A stretch of DNA of 63,659 nt, the filler included, from Octopus bimaculoides (Eukaryota), in NCBI RefSeq assembly GCF_001194135.2. It is 4 parts of 4 records of this genome, joined end to end, with 100 filler letters (N's around TTAATTAATTAA, not from the genome) between each part and the next. Parts side by side here need not be neighbours in the genome. Positions count along the whole stretch, not along the records: positions 27,788 to 57,272 come from NC_068998.1; 3 more parts are not named here. The stretch is one strand, 5' to 3'. The notes beneath the pieces were generated by a model that saw nothing but the letters and a program-made list of their open reading frames with translations, was not told the origin of the DNA and made no database searches. Positions 28,791-41,329 of the stretch are shown here, piece after piece. The position numbers and the translations under genes are program-made. Numbering within the stretch: position 1 is the first letter of the stretch; each line of letters opens with the position of its first letter.

Positions 28791-29683
28791 TCAATTCACA
28801 CGGCCTCTTCTACTGCTACTACAATGGCTTCTGCTCAGTGTCAATTCAAGCTAGTAGTAAGATTACAGGTTCCACACACAGTTCTAAATGCTTTATTTCT
28901 ATAGAACCATTTTGTCTTCAACTTTTATGAATAACTGGTTGTTTCCAATATTGTCAAGATCCAATACACTTTAATTTAAACAAGTTACAATGTTCAAAAT
29001 AAATGCCAATGGTAGATGGACAAACTTATTTAAAGTTTTATTAGATGCAAATAAATACATTTGTCGTTCTGTTTCTGTATTGAGGTTAATTATTATTTTT
29101 TCTCATAAATAGAATCGGTAGATTGAATTAGGTAGATTGAATTAGATTATTGCTAACATAAACTCTCAAATACTAGCCAGCCTCATTAAATTAAATTTGA
29201 ATTTTTAAACAAGAAACATTTCATTTTGTTGAATTTCTGCTTTAACCTTTTGCTGTTAAACTATACTATAGTGCAACTAAGTTTTGATTAATATATTGAC
29301 GTTCAGATTTAATTTGTGCATCTTAATTACTTAAGTAAAATGTTATATTAGCATAATGGCCGCAGCATTATAAAATCAAGATCTGCAGATCAAATTCGCC
29401 ATATAATTTATTGCATCCAAGCCATCATTTTCCAGGGTTGATTTATTTAATCTTCTAAATGTCTCGAACACATCAGCTAGCAGGTAAATATCGGACCCTT
29501 AGTGGAAACTTCTAATCATTTCCATAGCCCCTACTCTGGTGTCAGCGGTTCTATATATATATTGACCCTCCAAATAGATTGCTAGAGCTATCAAAATAAT
29601 TCTTTATCGAATACTATTCGATCAAATAAGTTGTTTGTTTGTTTGTTTTTTAATTTAGAGACTTTTTTCTGATATATGCTACA

Positions 29684-29769
29684 ACATATGCGTGCTACTT
29701 ACATGTGTGGATGTTCTGTACATAGCCACACGTCGATGTATCCACACTTTCCATTTTGATTGGTGTTGT
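29684..29769. repeat. 86-bp direct repeat, copy 1
   Basis: 81/86 identical to 30864-30949. Confidence 0.9.
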
Positions 29770-30863
29770 CCGGGCCTGCCTCTGTCCCTCAGAGCTACCT
29801 AGTTCCAAACCAGCTCCACCTAAACCGTCTCTCCTCAATCATTGTCTCCTTTCAAATCCTATACTAATCACTATATCCATTCCTTCTTTCCCAGACTGTT
29901 AACCAACTGAAATTCCCTTCCACCTATAATTTTCCCCTCTAAACGTCGACTGAGGGGTATTCAAAGTGAGCAACAACCGTGTGGCGAGTGACTAGTATCT
30001 TAGCGAGTTAATCGCTGCACTTTACAGACCATCAAAACTTTTGGGTTACTCCTTATCATGTTCGTTGCCTTTTAGTACATTGCTGACATTTATTTTCAAC
30101 ATAAATATACAGATTGTATTGTTGACCTCGCTAGCTTGCTTGAATATAAAATGAAAAAAATAGTGTCTTATCTCAAGAGTTGTTAATAAATGAGACACTT
30201 GATAAGAAAATATTTGTCGAGCTACAGAGACCTTAAAATATGAACATCCAGAAATTTGTTGAACTAAATTTGAACAACATCGTTACAGTCATTTACTTCT
30301 TATGGTCTAATTGTTAATATCTGCGCGTTTTTGTTGATATTTATTCAGTTATTAGTTATCAAATTACTTCCTTTTTTATGTTTTGCATTCACGTCTTTCC
30401 TTTTCCTTTCTCTTTCTCTCCCGTTCCCTCCCTTTCAACTCAGATACTATTTCTCTCTTTTACTTCCACTTTCGCCCAACCCATGCACACTACTACCCTC
30501 ACATAGCCCAGATTGTCTTTTTTATGAATATTTAGCAGTTTTCTATAACGTTAAACGTTCAGTATTTGAAGTTGTCATCGTAGGAAGGTAGGTACTGATT
30601 TTCTATAGCAATCTGTAATAACTTTAGGTCTTCTTTTATGTGCTTTTGGTGTTTAAAATCTTTCCAGTGGTTTATGAAATAAAAGCTGGCGCGACCCGAA
30701 ATAACTGATATTATTTTTTGCTTTTGTTTTTAACAGTCAGTCGCTTTAACGCTGCTAGGTAGGGAAAATGTTGAGTCGGGTGCTTACACAAACAAATGGG
30801 GTACTAATAATATTGTGACTACGTGTTTGTTTTCCCACGTGTTTTAACACTTAAACTGTGTAT

Positions 30864-30949
30864 ACATATGCGTGCTACTTACATGTGTGGATGTTTTATA
30901 CATCTCCACACGTCGTTGTATCCACACTTTCCATTTTGATTGGTGTTGT
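30864..30949. repeat. 86-bp direct repeat, copy 2
   Basis: 81/86 identical to 29684-29769. Confidence 0.9.
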
Positions 30950-33419
30950 ATACATATAATAGTATAAATATTGTTACGATTTTCGTTTTCATAAAATATG
31001 GCAACTTTCTTCATTACTTCTCTTAACTCACAATTTGTGTTTCGTGGCCATTCGAAGCAGGGAGAAATGCCCCCCCCCCCCATAAACACACTTGCACTAC
31101 CTACATACATGCATACATGCATACATACGTACGTACATACATACATACATACATACATACATACTTATAATCACGCACTGTCGCGCACACACACATACGT
31201 AGAGTTTAATAACAACTATAACTTAAGCCTAACTTAAGCAACAATAATTCGTGGCTTTTGTAGTTCAGATCACCCCCACCTCGGTTTATTTCTTATTGAG
31301 ATGAGCTATGATCAAAAGTGTTCCGATCGTGACCATCCAGTATTATTTCAGGCTTTAATATATCAAGAACTACATTATTCAATGTGTCCATCCTGGTAAA
31401 ATACGAGCTCATCGGGTGATTATCTAGAAGCCTCCTCTTTGGTTCGAACTCGCTAAGTGTGTGTGTGTATAAAATATAGATAAATAGTTTGAATTATTAA
31501 TGAGTGAAAAATGACGCGTTCGCAGACGAAAATCTCAACATGGAACTCAACTTTTCTCTAGTAAAATTAAGTTATAAATGTTTAAACTACATTTATAACA
31601 TCACACAAAAAACATTCTCCTGCAGATTACATGTATCTGTGATTTCTCGTAATGATACATATTTTACTATTTCTCCTCTGTTTTTAAGTAGATAGAACAC
31701 GGTTATTAAAACTTTCATTTCTTTATATTTCTTAACAAGTGTCAGCGGTGTCATGTATTGTGTAAAATAACTCAACTTTTGACGTTGCAGTGAAATGCAT
31801 TCGTGGGAAATGATTGCAGCCATTAAACTATGCACAACAGTGCAATGACATGTTAAGAACTAGGGAATCTGTTCTTAAATATTGTTATCTTGGTGAAACA
31901 TGTATTTCTCAGCCATCTTAGTTAAACGGTACAAAGTCTTACATCAAAACATCTTGATATTCAACCTTCAAGTTTGACCTTGACATAGATTATAGGAGTT
32001 TATTATTATTTAAATCAGCAGGATTGGCAGAGGTATTCTTGATTAATCATGGCTTCTACATTTCATAATTAAAGTTTTAAGGTGTTTTTAATTCTTTCTA
32101 ATTAGCACTCGTTTAAGGTAGTGTTGTTCCTTATTCTATCTTTCTAAGAAATAGCCTAAATTGGTTTTCAGATAACATGTTTGAAAGTTGAGGACATTTA
32201 TCTTCTGTTTATTGCAGGCCTGTGAATACAAAGCAATGAAATGTTAGCAATAACTTTAACTATTAACTTCAATACATTGTATCTATGCAATTTGTTACTT
32301 GTGCGTTTCCTGTGCAACTTAATAATGCATGCATCTCTCTCTATACACACACACACACACACACACACATAGTACATGGATGTACGTTCACCTTCATGTT
32401 GGTACATGTGAATGTGTTGGATTAGGTAAATATTGTTTCTGTAGACAAAACATTTACGCATATCTCTCTTGTTCTTATAGGAAAATATTCGTATGTATAT
32501 GTATATTTCATTTATAAATATGTGTATGTGTGTGTATGAATATATAAGAGAGGGAGTGGAGGGGAATTATCATTCCGGGTAAAATACTTAGTACACCAGG
32601 CTAACATTACTGTTTAGATTAGTAAAGAACTCCGCGTATTCAGGTGGTAGGATCTATATTGTAAATCCGTGGTTGTGTTCCAGTTATACTGGCTTTTTTT
32701 TGTTTTGTTTTGTTTTTTACACAGTGATATATATTACTTTATTGTAGTAAATTTAACTTACAGATGTTTCCAGTAGTCATTAAAAGTTCGTTATTGATTG
32801 GTTTACTCAATTGGTCCATTGATCAGTTGAGAAAAATTGATTCTTTAGATCGTTCAATTTTTTTCAACCAATCAATTTTTAAACCTATCAATAACGAACC
32901 TATAATGGCTACTGCAAACGACTGTAAGTCAAATTTACTATAGCAAAGTAATATGTAACGACCATCATTTATACCTTGTTTTATAGATGGATGGATGGGT
33001 GAGTATACGGTGGTTGTGGGCGGGGCACCTAACCTTGACATTTCACTTCCATGGTCAAAGAAAGTTTTCGTTGGGTTTTAGGGTGGCTTTGTTGAATCGT
33101 ATGTATCTTGATGCACCTTTAATGTGCGTGTGATTTTTCTTGGAATATGTTTGTTTTTCTGTTTAATAATGTCTTGTTTGTGTATTTTGTTTGGTTCTGA
33201 AATATCCTTCTGTGCGCGTGCGGCTGTGTTTATCGGTGACCTTTTGGAGTACAATGTCTATAAATCCAATATATCTATTGTCAAGTTAATATATTGGACT
33301 GCCAACTGTCGTGATTTAATACCTTCTCACCTCACACCAAACATGCAAAATCTATATTCTTTCAGTGACCTAGTGTCTAAATAAACTTATTCATGTTTCA
33401 GTGGACAAAGTGACACACA

Positions 33420-33600
33420 CCTAGGCACTTACCTGTCTGGCCAAGCTCTCATCAATTCCTTTAAATTTCATTTGAAGAGGAAGGTGTGGGTAGAGAGGGA
33501 GGTGCTGCTTTCTAGTGTGTTTATCAAAAGGTGGAAGAGAATGGCAAGACAGAGACTGAATGGATTTACTCTGAGTATGCTTTTCTAAGCAGGAGAAAAG
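33420..33600 (+). mobile_element. Tx1-type LINE C-terminal relic
   Basis: Reads LSGQALINSFKFHLKRKVWVEREVLLSSVFIKRWK, resembling Tx1/L1 ORF2 ends. Confidence 0.45.
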
Positions 33601-34045
33601 AAACTGGAAGATGGTACTTTCCCATACCTTAGGGATGGCAGAGTAATCTGAGACTTTTGCATGGAGTTTACTTCGAATTGCCCTAAGTGGACTGCTTCAC
33701 TATTAGGGATTTTGTTAATCAATTAATTATTTATTTATTTCTCTAACTTCTATTTATATATTCTATGTTATATCCTTTAATGTTTTAGTGTCTCCCTTTG
33801 ATCAATGTAAACTCCCACCTTTTTTTGTGTATTGTATCTCATCCTTTGTTATTGTCCTCCGTGTCTTGGGCCCTTGTGGCCAATAAAAGAAATCATTACT
33901 ATTATTACTTTAAATATCTGTTCCCTTTCACATTAATCTCATTCTATTGTACTAATATAACACTCAATATCAATTTCCCCATTTATTTTTTTTCCAGCTG
34001 ACTTTAGATTTTATGCTTTGTCTCTTCCAACTCTGATCAATAAAG

Positions 34046-34181
34046 ATGGTTGATACTGTAACACATTCAATGTGGTCTTCAGAAGAGAAGGAACATTCCT
34101 TCTTGGAACACCTTTGTTCCTTGGATATTGATACACCTCAGGTAAAGATGCCACATATGACCAGCATCATAGCTACTGTGG
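34046..34181 (+). CDS. PKM-like: Pyruvate kinase-like gene, coding exon 1
   Basis: MVDTVTHSMWSSEEKEHSFLEHLCSLDIDTPQVKMPHMTSIIATV-G vs PKM [27 protein letters not shown]. Donor G|GTGAGT, phase 1. In-frame TGA at 34034-34036 upstream; strong acceptor at 33996-33997. Confidence 0.9.
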
Positions 34182-34667
34182 GTGAGTACAATTTTCCATT
34201 TATTTTATTTTTAAAAACCATTTTCCTTCTTTTTTGTAGCAAGAATTTTCGGCAAAAATAATAAATCACTTCACCTTTTTCAATTACAATCTAATTTGGA
34301 TGATTTAACATGAGAATTAACAAATAAATTATGATTTAAAATAAAAGATTTCTTAGAAAGATTCAGATTTCTAGAGAAGAAGCACTTGGAATTATCCAAC
34401 ATTTATGCTTTTCCCAAAAACATTTGCATTTTAAAGGAAGCAATGTCAATTTAGTATTAAAATCACCATATTATCAATCAAAATAATGAAAACAAATGAA
34501 AGTAAATGTGTTCTAGTTATTATCACACATTAACAGATAGTTTTTAAATTCAAGAATTGATAATGTTTGATACCTTGGGTAAGAGTCTTGTACAATAGAC
34601 TCTGGTTAATTGATGTTTTGTGTGTGATATTTGGTAGATGGAAACTGTACAAGAAACCTGCCATATA

Positions 34668-35530
34668 TGTGTTGTAGTCAAAAAGTATCCGACCTTTGAC
34701 CAAAAAACAAGTAATGTTAAAAAACTCACCATTTTGATTTAGTCTCCTTCAAAGAATTTGCTTTGGGAGTCTACACACTTTTGCCAGTGTTCCTGCCACT
34801 GCTGGAAACATTTCTGGAAATCACTTTTTGGGATGCTGTAGAGCTGTATGATCGAATTTTGCTTAATGTCCTCTGTTGACTCAAATGTCTTTTTGAGCTT
34901 TGGAAATGGCCAAAAGTCACACAGAGCCATGTCTGGGGAGTAGGAAACCTGACGAACAAGTGGTATATTTTGCTTGATGAGGAATGCTTAGACGACATGT
35001 GCAGAATGAGTGGTTGCATTATAGTGGAGTTGTCAATTCTTTACTGCCCACAGGCTGGGTCGTTTTTGCTGTACAACTTCACAAAGGTGATGAAGAACCA
35101 CTAGGTAGTATTCTTTGTTAATTGTCTGACCTTGTGGTGCATGTTCATAGTTCACTGTCCACTGAGGTGCAGCCATCTTTGAACCGGTTGTACCACTCCT
35201 TTATTTGTGTTTTTCTCCATAGCATCATCTCCAAAGGCCTTCTGAATCTTCTCAGTAGTCTGGGTTTGCATATCACCAAGTTTCTGGCAGAATTTGATAC
35301 AGCATCTTTGCTCAATGCATTCAGTCATCTTGACTCAAAAAGAAAAATCGCACACTCTTCACATCTGTACTCAGCGCATCACTGCTGGTGAATGGTGCAA
35401 CCTACAGACATGAAAGTTTTCCCACATACTCAGGAAGGATGCAGCCAACTAATACCCATGTGGACTTTGCTCACACATTATTATTTTGTGCAAAAAATAT
35501 CAAGGTCGGATATTTTTTTACTACACCTCG
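34668..35530 (-). mobile_element. Internally deleted mariner (irritans-like)
   Basis: TA-flanked ~29-bp TIRs (CGAGGTGTAGT..AAAA.TATCCGACCTT). Minus strand gives MTECIEQRCCIKFCQKLG...KEWYNRFKDG joined directly to HEHAPQGQTINKEYY...YSPDMALCDFWPFPKLKK...FFEGD*. Confidence 0.8.
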
Positions 35531-35849
35531 TATGTGATTGTGTGTTTGTGTGTATGTTTGCATATCTTCACATTACAAAGCAAAATAACTGACAGCTTGG
35601 CAGTTCAATGTATTAAGACATTGAAGAACAAATAAAGGTTGATGTTATGAAGATTATCTAGTTATAAAGTACAGCGTCTATATATCTTGTCCAACCCAAG
35701 CTAGCATGGAAAAAAAGAACATTAAAGTGATTATTGAGCCATATTTTACACAGTATTTATAAGCATGTGGCATTTCTTATACTAATTACATAATCTTGAA
35801 GCTGTGATAATAACGTGCTTGTGTATTGGCAATATAAAGATAGTGAATT

Positions 35850-37400
35850 ACTGCTGGATCAGGTGATGAAGGTCACGGAGAGGGTCATAGCCCAACTAAT
35901 TAGGGAGAGAGTCTGCTTAGATGAAATGCAGTTCAGTCTTGTGTCAGGTAGAAGCACCACTGATGCTATATTCCTGGTACGGTAACTTCAGGAGAAATAC
36001 CTAACCAAAGATAAACCCCTATACTTGGCTTTTGTTGGCTTGGAGAAAACCTTTGACAGGGTTCCCCAATCCCATATCTGGTGGGTGATGCGGAAACTGG
36101 GGATTGACAAGTGGTTAATAAGAGCTGTACAGGGATGCCATTAGTAAGGTAAGGGTCGGCAATGAGTATAGTGAAGAATTCTGAGTAGAAGTAGGGATTC
36201 ACCAAGGATCAGCCCTCAGCCCCCTCTTATTCATCATAGTCCTCTAGGCAATAACAGAAGAATTCAAGACAGGCTGCCCCTGGGAGCTCCTCTATGCTAA
36301 TGACCTTGCTCTCATAGTGGAATTACTACCAAAACTAGAGAAGAAATTTCAGGTGTGGAAGCAAGGTTTAGAATCGAAGGACCTTAAAGTCAATGTTGCA
36401 AAAACCAAGATCCTGGAAGGCGAATACATCACAAACCCCTTTAGGTCGATGGCCCTGTTTGATCTGTAGAAAGGATGTAGGTAGAAACTCTATAAGATGT
36501 ACCCAGTGTAAGCTATGGACACATAAAAGGTGCAGCAACATCAAAAGAAGGTTAACACCACAGATGCTCAGAAAACTGATTCCACCACATGCAAGGGGGA
36601 GGAACTAGAAGTAGTTGATAGCTTCCGCTACCTAGGTGACCAAGTCTGCAGTGGGGGTGGATACTTGGAGAGCACTGCCACTAGAATAGGAATAGCCTGG
36701 GTAAATTTCAGAAAGCTCCTACCTCTACTGGTGACAAATGGCCTCTCGCTCAGAGTGAAAGGTAGATTGTATGGTGCATGTGTGCAAACTGGCATGCTAC
36801 ACAGCAGTGAAACATGGGCCGTGACTGCTGAAGACATGCGTAGGCTTGAAAGAAATGAAGCTAGTATGATCCACTGGATGTGTAATGTTAGTGTGCATAC
36901 ACAACAATGTAAGCGCCCTGAAAGAAATGTTGAACATAAGAAGCATCAGGTGTGGTGTGCAAGAGAGACGACTGCACTGGTATGGTCATGTGCTGCATAT
37001 GGATGAGGAGAGCTCTGTGAAGAAGTATCACTTCCAAACAGTGAAAGGAACCTATGGAAGAGGGAAACCCAGGAAGACATGGGATAAGGTGGGATAAGCA
37101 CAATCTTTGAACGTTGGGTCTCACAGAGGCAATGACAAGAGACCAAGACCTCTGGAGATATGCTGTGATTGAGAAAATCCGGCAAGTAAAGTGACATCAC
37201 AGCTGTAGCCTACAACAGTGTCGCATAACCAGTCCATTTAAAAAGTACCTTTGAATCGTCAGGTGGCATGCCGTGCTTGAGGAGACCTATTGGGTCAAGT
37301 AAAATCAAAATCAATTTATGTGTGGGTCGTTTCCAGTATCGCCTGACTGGCTCCCTGTGCTGGTGGCACGTAAAAAGTACCATCCGAACATGGTCACCTT
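35850..37400 (+). mobile_element. RTE-clade LINE relic (RT to 3' UTR)
   Basis: Reads STTDAIFLVR, LAFVGLEKTFDRVP, GIHQGSALSPLLFIIVL, LLYANDL, FRYLG, MLHSSETW and RRLHWYGHV. Confidence 0.85.
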
Positions 37401-37956
37401 AGACATCCACAAGCTTTCAATAATCTTTCAATAATCTTTTGATAATCTTCCTTGTCCCTAAGAGGCAAACTTTCTGTAGAAGCTCTTTAGGACATTCTGT
37501 TCCATTCTCCTTCAGCCATTTGTCTATATCATTATTCACAGTTCCTAATTCACCAATTATTACAGGCTCAATCTTTACAGTTTGCATCATACTCCAAATT
37601 TTCACAATTTCAAATTTTAAGGGATTATATTTTTTTGATTTTTCTTCTTCTTTCATTACAATCCTGAAATTGAATGGACATGATGGATCAATTACTGAGC
37701 AACTTCACTTTTCATTGTCTATTATTCTTATGTCTGGTTTATTATTTTCTAGCTTCTTATCTGTTTGAATGGGAAAATCCTATAAAATCTTGCATTTCTC
37801 CAACTCAAACACTCTTTCAACCTAATCATCACACCAAGCACTTCCCATTTCTGACAAAGCTTCCCATGCAAAACTTTCACATTTTGCTGACACCTTCTAC
37901 CCATTCACATATTTTCTTGAGTTGTTTGATTTTAACAATGGATCTTGAACTGTTAT
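37400..37956 (-). mobile_element. R4/Dong-type LINE, C-terminal RLE endonuclease part (3' piece of an interrupted element)
   Basis: Reads NKPDIRIID, KSKKYNPLKFEIVKIW and PVIIGELG...LLQKVCLLGTRKIIKRLL. Confidence 0.8.
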
Positions 37957-37958
37957 TA

Positions 37959-39230
37959 TTGGGTTGTCCGGAAAGTTTGTGCTGATTTATAGTAGCTTAC
38001 CTTTCAACTTATTTTAGAACATAGTTGAGTCCATAAAATAAGATTTGACGACACCTCCATTTAAGTTATCTTTTCGTGGAAGAAGGTTTATGTTCCTATA
38101 ATCTGTGTTAATTCTGTAACCCTTTAAAATGGAAGATAAGAAAGTTCATTTTCGGCACTTGATGCTTTTCTTTTTCCGTAAAGGGAAAAATGCCTCACAA
38201 TCAACCAAAAAAATATGCGCAGTTTATGGTGATGTTTCTTTATCCGAAAGAACTATACGGAAGTGGTTCGCAAGGTTCCGAGCTGGAGATTGTAGCCTTA
38301 TTGATAAAGAGCAATCAGGCAGACCATCCACTACAGATGATGACCAAATCAAGTCATTAATTGAGAATAACCCTCATTGCACAACCCGAGAATTGGCAGA
38401 AAGCCTCAACCTATCAAAATCCATCATTCATGAGCACCTGGTAAAGCTTGGGTACACAAATAGCTACGATGTTTGGGTACCACATGAGTTGAGTGAGAAG
38501 AACCTTTTGGATCGCATTTCCATCTGTGATTTGCTTCATAAACGGAATGAAAATGCGCCTTTTTTAAAGCAAATTGTGACAGGTGATGAGAAATGGATTA
38601 TCTACTAAAATGTTCAGAGAAAGTAATCCTGGGGTAAGCGACATGACCCACCCTTAACCACCCCAAAAGCAGGTCTTCATCCTAAAAAAAGTCTTGCTTT
38701 GTGTCTGGTGGGATTGGAAAGGAATTCTGTACTATGAGCTTCTCCCAAGTAACCAGACAATTAATTCTGAGAAATACTGCACACAACTGGATGAGTTAAA
38801 AGCAGCAATTCAAGAGAAACATCCAGATTTGGCCAACAGGAAGGGTGTTGTTTTCCAACATGATAATGCAAGACCGCACATTTCTTTGGTAACCAGACAA
38901 AAATTTCTGCAGCTCGGCTGAGATGTGTTACCCTACCCTCCCTATTCACCAGGTATTGTTCCTTCGGATTTCCACTTATTCAGGTCTCTGCAGAATAGTG
39001 TTAATGGTAAAAATTTAAATTCCTTGGGTGACGTAAAAAGATACCTTGATGAATTCTTTGCCATGAAACCACCTCAATTCTGGAAAGAGAATATTTTCAA
39101 GTTAAAGGAAAGATGGAGATGCATTGTGCAACAAAATGGTTCATATTTGGTTGATTAAAAATGTATGGCAAGTATTTATTGACCTTTTTCTTTCCTTTAA
39201 AAATCGGCACAAACTTTCTGGACAACCCAA
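37959..39230 (+). mobile_element. Full-length mariner (1272 bp, mellifera-like)
   Basis: 30-bp TIRs TTGGGTTGTCC(G/A)GAAAGTTTGTGC(T/C)GATTT, with TA target duplication at 37957-58 and 39231-32. Confidence 0.92.
38129..39158 (+). pseudogene. Inactivated mariner DD34D transposase
   Basis: Reads MEDKKVHFRHLMLFFFRKGKNAS, WVPHEL, TGDEKW and HDNARPH-x34-D (YSPGIVPSDFHLF). Three stops (38606, ~38624, 38919) and a +1 frameshift in the A-run at ~38684-38690. Confidence 0.9.
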
Positions 39231-39232
39231 TA

Positions 39233-39930
39233 TAAGGCTCTATGTTTCTGTTTTTTTAACTGCTCTTTTTTCAACCAAGCCCAGGTTGTTCCACTTACAT
39301 CTTCGGTGGCTTTCCAAAACTGACCATACTTCAGTCTGCTCTCTTGAATTTCATTTTTGTCCTTTTCTCTCATTCTGCACTTGATCACCTGTTCTTTATT
39401 CACTGCCTTTAGTAATTTCTCTGTGTTCTCTAGATATTCTAGTAGGCATTTTCTTTCTGTCTGTACACACTCTTCCACAGCCATTAAACCTCTTTCACTC
39501 TGGTCTCTCTTCAAGTACAGCTGATAAATATCAGCTTTTGGATGGTGGGCTCCATACATTGTCAACAGCTTTCTAGTTTTTTTCTGTCAAGTTTCTGTAT
39601 GTCCCTTTTGGTCTAATCTACAATTCCCCATCCATATCTGATTGACTGTAATATTTTTTTCACTTTCCTATGTGTAATTTGTTTCATTTCTTCATGTTTT
39701 ATTTCCTGCTGTATTCCTAAATACTTATAGTACTGTCCTTTCTCAACTGCTTTTTTATTGTTTGTCCATTTGGCATTTCGATTTCCTGGATCTTTTCAAA
39801 TCTTCCTTTCATTATCAATATAGCATATTTTTCAATCCCAAATTCTATACCTACATTATTACTGCATTGTGATTTTCTCATTACTTTCTTCAATTAGTAC
39901 TGTGAAATTTATGTATTATTAGCTGATGAG
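39233..39930 (-). mobile_element. R4/Dong-type LINE, post-RT part (5' piece of the interrupted element)
   Basis: Reads MYGAHHPKADIYQLYLKRDQSERGLMAVEECV...TWAWLKK; joins in frame to 37956 once the mariner is removed. Confidence 0.8.
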
Positions 39931-40540
39931 GTCTACTTGCTAAAATATTTTTTTTTTGTTCACGTCATGGATTTTTAATGCTTACTAAATTTCTTGAATA
40001 TGTTAACATTAACTTGAATTGTGAAGAGGTGTTAGACGTGGGAACTGAGAGATAAGACATAGTGTCTGGAGTGTGTATGAAAGGAGAGATGAGTAGGTGG
40101 GTAGGTGGGTATGGTATGCAACTAGGTTGTTCATTAGAGCAAGAGCACTTTTAATAATGAAAGAAGAGATATGCAGAGAGCATCCAGTCAGCTACAATCT
40201 AGTAAACTTTTGATCAAGGGCATTCCAGCCATGACGATCCTGCAGTAGGATTGCATTCTCCAATGTATTATTCTTTTATTCTTTTACACATTTCAGTCAT
40301 TTGATTGTGGCCATGCTAGAGCACCACCTTAAAGTGTTTTAGTCAAAGAAATTGACCCCAGGACTTATTCTTTGTAAGCCTAGTACTTATTCTATCAGTA
40401 TGTTTTGCTAAACTGCTAAGTTACAGGTACATAAACACACTAATATCAGTTGTCAAGTAATGTTGGGTGGGACANNNNNNNNNNNNNNNNNNNNNNNNNN
40501 NNNNNNNNNNNNNNNNNNNNNNNNNNNNNNNNNNNNNNNN

Positions 40541-40820
40541 NCCAGTCCCGCTGGACTGGCTCCTGTGCAAGTGGCACGTAGAATACACCATTTTGAGCGT
40601 GGCTGTTGCCAGTACCGCCTGACTGGCCTTCGTGCCAGTGGCACGTAAAAGCACCCACTACACTCTCGGAGTGGTTGGCGTTAGGAAGGGCATCCAACTG
40701 TAGAAACTCTGCTAAATCAGATTGGAGCCTGGTGTATCCATCCGGTTCACCAGTCCTCAGTCAAATCGTCCAACCCATGCTAGCATGGAAAGCGGACGTT
40801 AAACGATGATAATGATGATG
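40541..40820 (+). mobile_element. RTE 3'-end repeat with a (GAT)n tail
   Basis: GGCACGTAAAA block is shared with 37340-37390, followed by GTTGGCGTTAGGAAGGGCATCC...GGACGTTAAACGATGAT. Antisense copies are at ~44780-44960, 48175-48381, 51718-51900 and 63155-63225. Confidence 0.7.
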
Positions 40821-41329
40821 ATTATTATTTGATGTAGAAAACGTGAACAGTATGTATAAGGCTTTCAAGCTGCTTCTCATTTTTCACATAAATCTTTATA
40901 TCATCCATTAAAAAGGAGATAATTTATCTGACCATATCCTTTTCCTAAATCATAAGCTATTTTAACTTCTCGTAATATCAAACCGAATGGTATCATGGTC
41001 AATACAAATAGTAATGGAGATAAGCTATCACCTTTAAATATATCACATCTGATGATCACTTTCCCAAGTCTTCCAGCTGTGTGGTACCATGTTATATGCT
41101 TTTCTGTAATCCAACCATGCTACATTCAATCCTGTCAATATGCATCTACAATCACTCATCATCATCATCATCATTCTATAATATAATAACAGTTGAAACA
41201 CTTACAGTGAAATTTTAGCATAATATTTCATATTCTTGAGCTTTTATATCTCGTTTTGTAAAGCACATGTTCCTTGTTTAAGGGATTAATAGCCTCTCAC
41301 ATTGTTGTAGCTCCTTTTAGCCATTGCCA

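Noticed and set aside
36530-37006. 158-aa ORF as a host gene
   Set aside because: It is part of the broken RTE LINE ORF2.
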